The notes beneath the pieces were generated by a model that saw only the letters and a program-made list of their open reading frames with translations, ran no database searches and was not told the origin of the DNA. A stretch of 64,000 nt of DNA from Ptychomitrium polyphyllum (taxonomy: Eukaryota), in contig OZ316775.1 of assembly GCA_973851085.1 (NCBI GenBank), positions 1,116,001-1,180,000 on the forward strand, read 5' to 3'. Both the position numbers and the translations under genes were made by a program. Shown here in pieces: positions 12,615 to 24,800 of the stretch. Every line of letters starts with the position of its first letter. Position 1 is the first letter of the stretch.

Positions 12615-12989
12615 GATGAACCAGATGGTAATGTATGCTAGCTCGCAGCAGCTGGCTGCAACGACCAGCTGCAGCTAGTTCCACTCGCAACGTCTGTAAG
12701 GAAAATCCTGTGGCGCACATTCATTATAGATGCAGCAGATCGCCAAGCTCCAGCGACCATATGAAAGTAAACTTGGGACGGTACAAGAGTAGAAGGGAAG
12801 AAGACGGACTGCCATGAAGGAGGCGACGTGACCTGAAGCGCTTGGACTTGCAGACACCAGCATCTGGAATGGCAACGATCTCCATGCTGGAGACTCTCGA
12901 GTCCTCGAATCCACGGTACTGGCAAAGTGCCCGTACTGGCAAAGCTTCTTGAAAAGCTTCTAGTACATCGCTTCATACTCAAGCAACCT

Positions 12990-14300
12990 CAAATTGTTTT
13001 CTTGAAAATTTTCTAATTCCAAAATCTTTTAAGAATTTTTTTAGATGCTTTTAATATGTATGTCTCTAACATATGTACACAAGACATAAAATAAGAGTTT
13101 ACAATTTAATGAAGGTATTGCCACAAAATACTATATTCAATTGTGCTCCTTGAATTTGTATACATTGTATGTTACTATGAACTTTAAAAATATTGCCATA
13201 TGATTTATATGTTTGTATATGTCAATTTATTAATATATAAAAATTTGTATAAAATATGAAAATATTGTCAATGGTGTAAAATTTTGGTTTAACAATTATT
13301 TATACAAAATTTGAAGGAACCAACCGTTCACAAGTTTACTTTGACATGTAATCTTTTAATGCATATTAAATCAATCTATAGGATTTTGATGTTTAATTTA
13401 ATATATCAAGTCTTTATTTTGAACATTTTAATATATGGATTTGTTAATCACTTCAATATATAGGAATGATTTGATGTTTTTTGAATCAGTGCATTAATGA
13501 ATATTTTATCTATTTCTACATATGTAGAAAACAAAATAATATATGATAATATTTTATATAGGAATCAAATATTTATATTAGTATGTAAAGAATAATTATG
13601 GTTTGAATGACAAATTCAAATTTTACATATTATTACCAATAAGTAATTAGTTTAATTACTATAATGAATGAATTGTAATTCAAATGTCTTATTTAAATTC
13701 TACATCCTATCAATAATTAATAATTGAAAGTAGTCACAATAAAACTTTACTACATTTAGATTAACTATAAATGTAACTAACAATGGTTTAGTTTCTTTAT
13801 TTAGATTAGCATATTTTGTATAAGATGTCAAGGTAAAAGACCTTAAACACCTTATGAGGTAAGATCTATGGGACAAGATTAAATATTCACTTCAACATAT
13901 CAAAATGAAGAATTTCATTTAAACTTAAATGGTTTATAAAAATAAAAATTAAATAGATTCTGGATTTTGTGCAACAGTGAAATTATTACTATTTGAATCT
14001 TGATGTACAATTTGATGTACAATTATAGTGTAATGTCTTTTATGGTTGAAAAATATTTACACCTATGTTTTAAAAGCAACAAATTTTATTTTTTTCAGTT
14101 TTCAAAAGCAAGCCCAAGCTAAGAACTATCAATCTCAAATCGAGGATGAAAAAAGCTCCCATTAGGGAATGTATGATGATGCGCCTAAAAGGAAAGACAA
14201 CCTCAAACCCAGAAAATGTACAGCATGGTAAGAAGGTAGGTAGAATGAAGTTAAGATCAAGTAAAAACATAGATAATTACACATTCTCAAAGAACTGAGA
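12990..14300. other. AT-rich, CpG-depleted non-coding block (probable decayed transposon); boundaries approximate
   Basis: Compositional shift, near absence of CG, no credible ORF. Confidence 0.45.
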
Positions 14301-14527
14301 AACATGATTCTACGAATTGCATGATTGGCAATTTTCATTCAGTTGCAAAACTATAGTCGCCAAGTACATACTACACTACCGGTACTCTAGCAAGATTTCA
14401 AATATGTACATACGCAAAGATGTGCTCTTGAATCACTGCACACTAGCTCCTCTGCAGGACTATCATCCTGAGATGGAAAGCCGCAGAAGTAGTAACTGCA
14501 AAGCTTGCCAAGCCCTGCAAAAGAAGC

Positions 14528-16213
14528 TCATGTTTCCTTAGATTCAGCAAATTCTTCCCTTGGCCTCGTTTGAGACGCAGCCTTCTTTTCTGCAGATGCA
14601 ACTACGTCGTCAGAAAACTGGATGTCCAATGTACGCTGGTGAGTGTAGAGGCCTGCATCTTGAATGGGCAGCACCCATGCTTCCTCTTGAGAGTCATTGT
14701 GATGACTGTGCCACCAGCCAGGCGGGGTTATGAAAATTGACCCCGTCGTCCAGTCCACCCTGTTTGCGTTATGAAGACAATGACACGCATGATGAGAAAC
14801 CCGAGCATGTTTGATCTGAAGTGAATAGCACACAGATGACCTTGAAAAAGTAAGGCCAATGATGCAAAGTTGGATTGCTGCTATATAAACAGTACTGAGA
14901 AACTTGATAATTAAGACCATGGTGAATGTCACTGGTTGAATGTGTACCTAACAGGATCCTTGACCCAGCCGTGGTTGTCGAGTTCTTTGCCCATCAGTGT
15001 ATACGTCCCCGGAGAAGCTTTCACAGCCAAATCTAATGCAACTGAATTGTGCCGATGAGGCCTTTGCACTTCTCCTGCACCATGCGAAAATGATTACGAA
15101 AGACTACTCAAAATGGCTTGTTGCTGACAAGAAACCAAAACGATTCTTCAGCGGAAGTAGTTTTTTTGCTTAAATAACACGTGCATTTCCCACAGCGAAT
15201 TAACTCCATATCGTGCATACAAACACAAGAATGCCTCGTAGAAGTCACTGACAACCGTTCGTATTTTCAGTTCCTTTACTGGACAAATTCTAGACCCATG
15301 AACAGATATGGCTGTCCTACTGAAGATGGGTTAAGGGTGATACTGACCTGGAGGCAGAACGTTCAATAACGACCACAAAATATGTGTCAACGTCTTCGTC
15401 TCGGGTGTTTCTTTATTTCCCAATAAGATGCCAAGTCGATTACGATGCTGCGCTCCAGGCTCATGTCGTACGTTCTCGACATTATCAAGCAGCATCTGGC
15501 GACTGCATCACGGAAAGAAGTCAAATTCTAGTGTCAAAGCTCCCTTCTCACCAACGACCAGAAAACAAGAAACTCACACACTATCCTCAATGACTACAAG
15601 AATTTTTACCCGTAATGGTCAGGTCCTGGTGCACACACCTGAAGTAAGCTGGTTTGAACTTTTGAACCTTAGGTGCAACTCCAAGATAGGATAGAAGTGG
15701 AGCATCTGAAACCCAGTACAAGCCTGCCCCTCCAGATTCCACACCTTCATCACCTAGGCAGTAGTGTGTGCAAGGCATCTCCTCTGTGCTGGAAGGGAAC
15801 ACAAAGAGGTCCCCTGTGCTCCACTCCACGATGCCCAATCCACATTGAGATTTTCCTCGACCATGGATTACATAAAACGCTTGTGATGTGGCGCAAGCAT
15901 TCGTAGTCACCGACTCCCCCACGCAAACTCGAACAAATGACGCCAAAAGATTTGGAGAAGTGGCAGGGTAGTCTTCAATGCCGATCGCTTTGCTTACATC
16001 CAGTGCTGTCACTCGAGTAGGTCCGACCATGTGCTCCTTTGAATCAAGCTTGTGGATTGGGATGGGAACCATCTCCGGATTAGCAGAACTTGTGTACTCG
16101 AATATCTCTGTTGCCTGGTTCCAAGTCCCGTTGACGACCGTTTGTTTACCTGACTTGATCTCACCACTGTATAACCCGTTGGAGCCGGTGTGCAACTCCA
16201 CTGCCGGTGCCAT
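14528..16213 (-). CDS. Bicupin, gentisate 1,2-dioxygenase-like (RmlC-like cupin), 362 aa. Exons 16213-15639, 15502-15348, 15074-14948, 14759-14528; probable 5'-UTR intron 16586-16216
   Basis: In-phase GT-AG splicing gives 1089 nt. Metal-binding motifs QRPHRHNSVALDL and FITPPGWWHSHHN are present, plus a second His-poor cupin ATSQAFYVIHGRG...WSTGDLFVFP...SDAPLLSYLG. Confidence 0.85.
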
Positions 16214-19174
16214 GGCTGGAAATTCCCCTACAAGAACTCCAAACAAGTCACCCTCTGTCAGGTCAAAGTCTCTCAACACCCTGAAGTAATGTACAAGAAC
16301 ACCAGGTGAAGAAATGTCATACATACTCACACGGACTTGAGATACTTCACACAAGCGAAGAAGTAGGCGCCATGCAACAACGTGGTGTGTAAACTCTTCC
16401 AGACCACACCGCATACAACTCCATGAACTACCCACAACAAGAGCAAGCAAGAAAATTCCCGGAGAATTCTGTTGAAACTGCAATCTACTCAGAGAACAGA
16501 ACAAATCCCCTGCCAAAACATGCAGAGAGTGACAAGCACGTAGCAAAACTTGGAAAACGCAGTTCTTGATGAGCAAAGTAGCTCACCTTAAATTGCTCGC
16601 TGTTCGAAAGACACTCACAACTGCAACACACCTACAAATTGGCACCAACTCGCACTCAAGTCGAAACAGGGACTAATCTACGACCTACTACCTTATTAAA
16701 ACGCTGCAAGAGATCCTTGCGTCGCAAGTTATAACGAACCAAGAAATTGCATCGGCAGGAGAACCACGCAGGTGCTTTAATAATCTGTCGAGAGGGAGGC
16801 GGGAAGGTCCATGAAGCCGGAATGGGACGGTGGAAGTGAGCCAGGTTGGAAATAGAACAGGGCCCCGCCACGCGCGACGACAGACTCGTGCCCTCCACCC
16901 GTTGCTGCCTGCATCGCCTGCCGCTTCCTGGTCACTCTCATCTACCACTGGAGTCGCCTCGAGGGTAACATTTCCAAGATTTTACGGATCCACTCTGTGA
17001 CACAAGAAGTTGCTCGCCTTCATCCCACTGGCCAACTGCCCTCTCAAGCGCAGAGGTCGAAACAGAAGTACACCATGGAACTCCAGATTGCAGAGAAACT
17101 GAATCACAGAAAAGTTTTGTGGTCCACGGCTGCGCAGAGTATCTGACGCACGGGCCTAATTGGTGACGAATCTTGGCGGTCGCACTTTCGTCGTCTCACA
17201 CTAAGAATTTGGTTGTTTGGTTTTCTGAATTGGTTGTGACGTAAAAAACCTCGTTCATATGGACATCAAGCGGTTGCTCGGAATGTTGGATGCAGCACGT
17301 TCGAATCATGTCAACCAGGACTTTTGCCAATTCGGTGATGGCGTAGGTTAGGTCGACGACGCGGCGCAACCCACGCAATGCATCCAAGGGTGGAGGATAA
17401 AGCTGGCAGATAAATGGAATTGTCTGGACTTTAACATCTGTTGTTGAAAGCGTACCTGCAACCTTCGCCAGAGAAAGTTTCAAGGCTTTCGTTTTGCACC
17501 AGAATGCTTTGATTCGATTCCATGTCTGTTGTCAAGAAATTACGGCGATTTAGTGATCTGCTTTTGCAAGTTGGGAGCCACTTAATCTCATTGCAGCTGT
17601 TTTTGTTGTCAGTGCATGATTCAGTGGCGACCTGGTAGCAATCGACCACCAGGACGACGGGCTATCATTACTGCTCGTAAGATGAGATGCACACCGTCCC
17701 ACATCTGTGCTACATATGCGAGTGAGAGGGAACCAGGGGGAAGGTGCTTGCTCGGGATTATCAAGAGACAAGCATCACGTCTAGCATTCTCAACAAGGCT
17801 GAAGGAATCGATCATTAGGTGGTACCCGTTTCCTGGTTGCAATAAGAATATCCTTGCAGTCAATTCATCCACTATGATGCGTAACTGACGAACAAAGACA
17901 AACGCTCATCATCATGGACAATATATTGCGTATACCGCGACATTTAACATGGATTGGGTGTATCCGCAGGGACTGCAACATTCCTAATAAATATGAAAAG
18001 GCAGCGAGACAACATTCCGTAAGACTCTATGACATGTCACAACCCTAACAGACGAGCTCCTCAGAAGTGAGCACCGAAGACAGATGCACATCCTGTTTAG
18101 AATTCTGCATGGCCCTGATTCTCCCGCAGCCGCCTCAGGAAAATAATATGCCCAACTACTACTACTGTACTTACATTTTCGATGGCCTCACAAAAGAAAC
18201 CGAAGTTGTTCTATTCACAAGTGAGGTAACTGAGGTCATTCTGCTCATCCAAAGTTTTCTGCAGAAAGATTTGTCCTCTCTCAGAAATTTTGCAATCAAA
18301 ATAGAATAGCACCATGCGACGTGTTCTACTGTAAGCGATCCCTCAGTAACAGAATACTTTGCTGAAGTTGTAAGGCGCCTTGAGTGTGCTTACACGTGAT
18401 CACCACCATGACCGAGTAATTACTCCTTGGACTACCACCGCAAAGATGCAAGCGATTGATGTTTAGTCTACGAATTCCTAATACGCCGCTATCCCAGTGT
18501 CGCAGACCTAATCTAGCGCATTCGCTCCTTAGCGTCTTGTACCACAACACACATATTGCCGCAACATACATACAACAAGTTGAAACTGGCAAATCTAATG
18601 CAGAAAAAGAAAAACAGTAGCGAGAAACAAATCTGAACATTATAGGCGGAGCACTGTCGTACCAACGTTGGTCTACGCCCTAATTGTTCCGAAGGCATGC
18701 TAGAAACTTCATCCTCCATGCCCGTCAATCTCGACAGTTTTAGAACTCCATACGTTTATATCAGAAGACGGAGATTAATGCCAGACGAGTCCCTCCACAG
18801 AACCCTAAACAAAATAAAGAGTAAGACCAAAACAAAGGGACGAAGTTCATATCAATGCAACCTTCAATTGCTTTCAGAAGTTTATTATCATTGTCCATAC
18901 AATCCTAGCCTCGAAGCGAGGCCCCAAATGAATCAAAACTACAATGTTCTGATTGCAAAGCAAAGATTGGTGCTGTCAGATGACAAGCGCAAGAAAAACT
19001 GCGAAAAAACAACGTTGAGGAATGTTACAAAAAAGGACCTGACGCCAGCTCCACTTCTAGATTTTGTGCAGCGCCAGGGGGCCAGCTCCGGAAACAGGGA
19101 GTCGTACAATTTCGGTACAAGGCTCTTTGAACCAATCTCTATGCTACACTACCCTAAGTGCATGGGAATTAACC

Positions 19175-19813
19175 TCACTTCGAGAGCGGCCCCTTGAAGC
19201 CTTTCCTGCGCTGCGCCAGTTGCCTCCACCCCAATTTCTCCCGCGGCTTCGAGTCAAGCTCAGCTGGCAGCGCCTGCGCGGTGCTCGTAAACACATTCAA
19301 AACCGTAAACGCAAGAATCGGCGACAGGTCAAGCGTCCCTAGCGGCGGAATGATCCCCCGGAACACATTCAAGTACGGGTCGCAAATCGTGCTCAACGGG
19401 CTCACAATGGCCTCCGGCGCGCTCGGGAACCACGTCAACACCAACCGCGCAATCAAAATCGTGTTGTAGATGTTGAGGAAGTTGAACACGGAACTCGAAA
19501 TCACCATCTCCGCCACCGAGTCCCCGGGAATGATAGCCGCAAAGCTGCGGTGCCGAAGCGCCAGCCTCTGAGAGGTCGACGAACCACCACCCCGGTTCAG
19601 GGAAACACCGACCTTGAAATCCTCCACCTGCTGCAAGCACCGCCGCAATGCAGCGTTGCGCGACACAATGCCGGCGCCCATGTGGTGCATCCACGCCTCA
19701 GCTCGTTGGAGGTGGTGGAGCGCCGCAGTTTGAAGCTCGCTGCAGCTGCGGCGCGTAAGAAGAGGCAAGTTCGGCAGCCCATTCCGGGGACAGTTCTCTA
19801 CGAACGGCGCCAT
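19175..19813 (-). CDS. YLMG2: YlmG/YGGT family plastid membrane protein (YLMG2 type), single coding exon, 212 aa
   Basis: FAAIIPGDSVA...NFLNIYNTILIARLVLTWFPSAP...LSTICDPYLNVFRGIIPPLGTLDLSPILAF matches plant YLMG2. The N-terminus is transit-peptide-like and the coding island is GC-rich. Confidence 0.92.
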   Translation of the reverse strand: MAPFVENCPRNGLPNLPLLTRRSCSELQTAALHHLQRAEAWMHHMGAGIVSRNAALRRCLQQVEDFKVGVSLNRGGGSSTSQRLALRHRSFAAIIPGDSVAEMVISSSVFNFLNIYNTILIARLVLTWFPSAPEAIVSPLSTICDPYLNVFRGIIPPLGTLDLSPILAFTVLNVFTSTAQALPAELDSKPREKLGWRQLAQRRKGFKGPLSK

Positions 19814-20449
19814 AGCTGCAGTCTGGAGATTCGAGCTCGCAGTCTAGAGAGCGCAAGACTGCTGCGAGGAGAAGCACACCACACAAGGCACGCGAAGAGC
19901 AGCGAACAGAGAAGCAGATAAGGAAATGGCCAAGCTCACGCTCGCTGCGCTCTCAAAACCAACACTCTTCTACCCCCTATGTAGATTACCGTAATAGCAG
20001 TGTACGATTTTCATAGAAACAGTCGGATTTGCGTACAGGATCGGATTTTGGGTATTCATACTCTAGTCTGGCTGTGGCTTTGGGCCCGCGCTCAGCCTCT
20101 CCCTCGTCCGAATTTGTGAACTGCCAAGTGGCTGCCTTGGCACTCCGGGATGCATTCCTCAAATCGCAAATACAGTGTCTGTCTCTGCCATTTCCATGTA
20201 TCTGTTTCCTGTACCATGTATCTGGGTCTCTTTATGTGAAATTTATAATTCTGCAGATAATGCCTTTGGTATGCAGTGGCAGACCATCACTATATCTAAA
20301 ATCAACAAGAAAGAACTCTGGTCTCTCAAGGGGCCGGTGTCAATAGATTGTCTATTTGTTCCATCCCTAAGCCTAGGTCCACTCAACATACAGATTAGTG
20401 GTGTAGAACTACTCCATTCTTTTGAGAGGAGATACTAAATACTAAGTGA

Positions 20450-23400
20450 ACATGGACTAGAAACTAAGAACCGTATTATTAAAGTAGTGGTTTATAAATG
20501 CATATTGTTCTGTGCAATAGACGTCAAACCATGAATTCTAAGGTTGGTTAATTAAACATATTTATCTCATACATTTTATTTGAATTTGAATCCTTATGGA
20601 CTTTTTGGAACAAATACAAATGTACAGTGGCTTAGTATTGCTTGGTGAATTGTATAGGAATAAAATTGGTTGTACTAATTAAATGGTTTGCCCTTGATTT
20701 ATAACAAGATTTTTCTTTGATCATTGAATAAAGGTAGTTTCTAACAACTACAAACTTTTTTGGTTTATTATAAGTATTTATGAAGATTAGGAAAAGATTG
20801 ATTGCTCTCAATTCTATTTTTATTAAATGATATAAGCATGGCATGGTGTATAGCTATTATATTAACATTTTAAAATGTCACTTTTATAATAGATGTACAA
20901 AGATTGAATGCTTTTCCAAAATATTTATTAAAGCAATATAAATGGTTATTTTGGCTTTAACTATGGTCTCTACAAGTTGCACAATAATCCTACCTTTAGC
21001 AATAATGTTATTAATGAGTGGTTGCTATTTATTTATTTTCCTTAAGATAGCCTTTATATAAAACATATTGTTACAATATATAATCTCCATGAATTAAATT
21101 GTTAAATTTGAATTTGAACTTTTAGTAGTAAACATTGATATAGTAGTCTTTTTAATGCACAATATACTTGGTTTAAATTGAACATTGCAATGACATTGTA
21201 ATTTTTCTTGATATATGATTTTTAACATGTTTAATAAAATATTTTTAAAAAATAAAATAGGGCATTATTTTTGAAGAATTTGAAAGGTGTTTGATGCATG
21301 AAATGCAAATAATATCTTTGGTAGCAATATGGTGTAGATTGTGCATATTCATACAAATGTGAGGCATTTCTATTTCCACACTCAAGACCAATTTTAGCTA
21401 ATTAATATACTTATTCATTTTTTTTAGCTATAATTAAGAATATAATTTATGAAAAACTTGAGTGGATTTTTTAAACATGTGGACTTAGAAGGAAAGAATG
21501 AAGATTAAATTATCATGGTGGATGAATCATAATGTTTTGTAAAATTTGGATTATTTATGGTTGAAAGTGATGAAATTGATTATAGAGTGTATTAAAAATT
21601 ATTGAATGCATGGATTTGAAGAGTGTATTAAGCATGTAGTTTTGTCACTCTAAAAAAATTAATGCAATAGGGTTTTTTTTTATTTAAAATAAAATAAAAA
21701 TACCACCAATATTTTTAGATGATAATGTTTACGTTGTAGATAATTTAATTTAGTCATGGTATATTATTTTGTGGTGTGTTCTATACTATCATGTTTCACA
21801 CATATGAGGTTTGTTAATTAAACATAGATTTTTTAGCCTTTTAAACCATTGAAGGTTCCATTGAAGTTTTTTCTTATATTTGAGATATGCAATTTTTAAA
21901 TGAAAAAACTTATATTCCAAATAAGTTATTGAATAATTCTATAACAATAATAAGTGTGCATTTGATAAATTGCATATTGCCTTTCATAGTGAGATTTTCC
22001 ATTTGTTAAATCTTTTGATTGTAAAAAAAGTATATTAGCCAATATAAACGTTGCCAACAATTAATGCAAGTATAATTACATTTACTATGTTGGTTTTTTA
22101 TTTTTGAAGATTAAAAATGTACTAAGAAACTAACATTGTTTAATAAATTTTATATTAGTTAAATTTATTTGAACTTTTTATTTTCAAAAAGGAGATAAAT
22201 AAATTTTAAATTATATATAGGATTTATTTTGATACAACAATGAAATAGGTTGGTAAATATAATTAATATTGATTGTTTGGATATTTGTATTTTAAAGGCT
22301 TTAGAATTTATTATGAATTTATTTACATAGCCTATAACAAATGCTTTTGGAAATAGTAAATTCCATTCCAACATTTTTTTTAAACAAAATTCTTTAATTG
22401 TAATTGTAAGAAGCAAGTATACTAGCATTAGAAAGTGACATAAAAGGATGAAAATAAATGCAAGTAACAAGTTTTGTCTTACTTAGTATAATTCATATTA
22501 AAAATATTCATTTTAAAATTCCAAATTCCTAGTCAAAATATTTTTTCTTGTTTCTTTTTAAAACCTAAAAATCCATATAATTGAAAGAAGTGTAAACTTT
22601 AATAATTTTCCAAACTTTCAAGTGACAAAAAAAACAAAAGCTTAAAATTTTTATCTTAACTTTTTATCGTTTGATATTTTATAAAGAACAAGCAATAATT
22701 TAATGCAAAGTTCCTTTTAAATATTGAGTGATATCAGCAACATGTTTTTTTTAATTATTAAAAATCATTTAGGCTAAATTTTAGATTCAAAATATGAAAA
22801 ACTAACATATTTTTCTATTTCAACGTTGTCATTATAATATAATTGGTTTTTTACGAATAAATAATATATGTTTTCTTTAAATATCCTAATAGAATTCCTA
22901 TATTTAAATGATGCTAAAGATAAGAAAAGTTCTTTTAAACCCTTTCAAGATGCCTAAGATTATTATAAACTAATTATCTTTTTTTTTTATAAAAATCCAT
23001 TGTTTGCAGTTTACCATCAAAAAACAAATATTAAAAGTACTATAATATATTTGTTTATATTCTTCTTTGTTGTATAATTAAAAAATGAAGTTTCTTTTAA
23101 AATTCTTAATTTTTCTAATTCTATTATGTGTCATTAAAATCTGAAAAAATAACTTATTATGTTCTCAAAATCCATATGCTATTATACTTTTAAGATGATA
23201 CATTTATAAAACTAAAAAAATATTATAATATCAAAATTCCTAATCTATTGTATATCTTTATTCCACAACAGTATGTAAATGGAGCTTTTTGTGCATTTCA
23301 TTTAGTATTGTTTAATTCTTAATTTGTATTTAAATATACAATAATCTATAAAAAAAAATGCCAATAGTATCTTTTGAGATTAAAAGAAGAATTTAAAGGT

Positions 23401-24800
23401 CAATATTGATATTAAATTCTTTGATATCAACCTATATATCAATTCATATATCAATATCGATGTTCATTCTTTGCATTTTTTATTTTTTCAATTGTAAAAA
23501 AACAAAACTATTGAAAAGTTAAGGAAAAAAAATCTTTTTATTTCTAGTTATAATATAAAACTTAATTAGAATTTTAAATTTTCATACCATAATCATTGGA
23601 AAATTGTATTTATTAATAATATAATAATTCAATTATGTAAGTACACTAAGACATCTATAGACACTTGATTGATGTATAAATTGATATATATGATTGTAAA
23701 AAACATTTATTAACAATGTAATAACTCAACTTGATTAATTTATCAAAAAAGACAAAATATGGAACAAATAACATAATATATTATTTAATTAACTTTAATT
23801 AACTTTATGTTATTTTTACATTTGATATATTTATTTAAACACATCAATAATCTTTAGTAAATATATTCTTCAATCCATTTAAATTTAATTCTTTACGAAA
23901 TTCAAATATTAATATTGACTTCTTTTTTTATAATATTTATAATTATCATGGTATTTTTACACATATAAGGCAAAATTGTGATGAACATTAGGTGAATTGA
24001 TGACAAAAGAAATTAAAAATTAAAAATTAAATGGGTCATATAAGACTATAGACTTTAAAATATGGATTAATTTACATACTTTTAGAAATAATACATAATA
24101 GATTATGTGATAAACATTTGATTGCTAAAAGCAATGAAGTTCATAGAAAAATGATAAGTAGTAAATTATAATATTTTTAAATATTAAGGAAAATATAGGT
24201 TAAAATATATTATGTACTTCAAATTTGTTGCTACTTAAAGAAAAGAATGATTATAGGCTAAAGACTACTAAATTAAACAATCTAATTAAAGAATCAAAAC
24301 TTTGTTGAAAATAGTGGTACAAAATTCTTTACAAGAATTTATGAAGGCAAAGATTTCTAATGACTTTTTTTAAGTGAAATTATAAATAGATTATAAAGTT
24401 GTTTTGTACTTGGTACATAATAAATTGTACATTTTTAACAATATGCATGTAGGAATATAGTTTATTAAACAAATAAAATTTTAAATATAATTAATATTAT
24501 TTCAAGTGCCAAAAAACCTTGCTAATCCACACAATACTCATGTATAGATGCTTCATACTTACCTTTTGCAATATAATTCTTTTCCATGTTTAGAAGATGT
24601 TTCTATAAAACAACTCACTTCACCTACTCTCCAATGTATATTTCTACTTTATAAAACAACATCCATAAGTCATATCCCAATTTTCATCGTAATACATCCA
24701 TAGACTTCCATCCAAAATATCACTTAGCAATCCAAGTTCTTCCCCAACCTCAAGCTACATACACTACCAAATATAGCATTCTCAAAAAAAACAAAGAAAA
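20450..24800. other. Large AT-rich, CpG/CHG-depleted block (probable decayed transposon(s)); boundaries approximate
   Basis: About 4.3 kb with only around ten CG dinucleotides by eye and no credible ORF. Confidence 0.5.

Noticed and set aside
16214..16576. 121-aa N-terminal extension of ORF 15587..16576 as a targeting peptide
   Set aside because: It starts at TTG and lies within a probable 5'-UTR intron (donor gtgagc at 16586, acceptor ttccag just before ccATG at 16213).
18067..18309. RCTSCLEFCMALILP resembling a PMP3/RCI2 N-terminus
   Set aside because: GTG start, and no LGV or second transmembrane helix follows; the match is too short to support.
21338..21364. IVHIHTNVR resembling an hAT dimerisation motif
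   Set aside because: Only nine residues in AT-rich DNA with flanking stops; not distinguishable from chance without a search.
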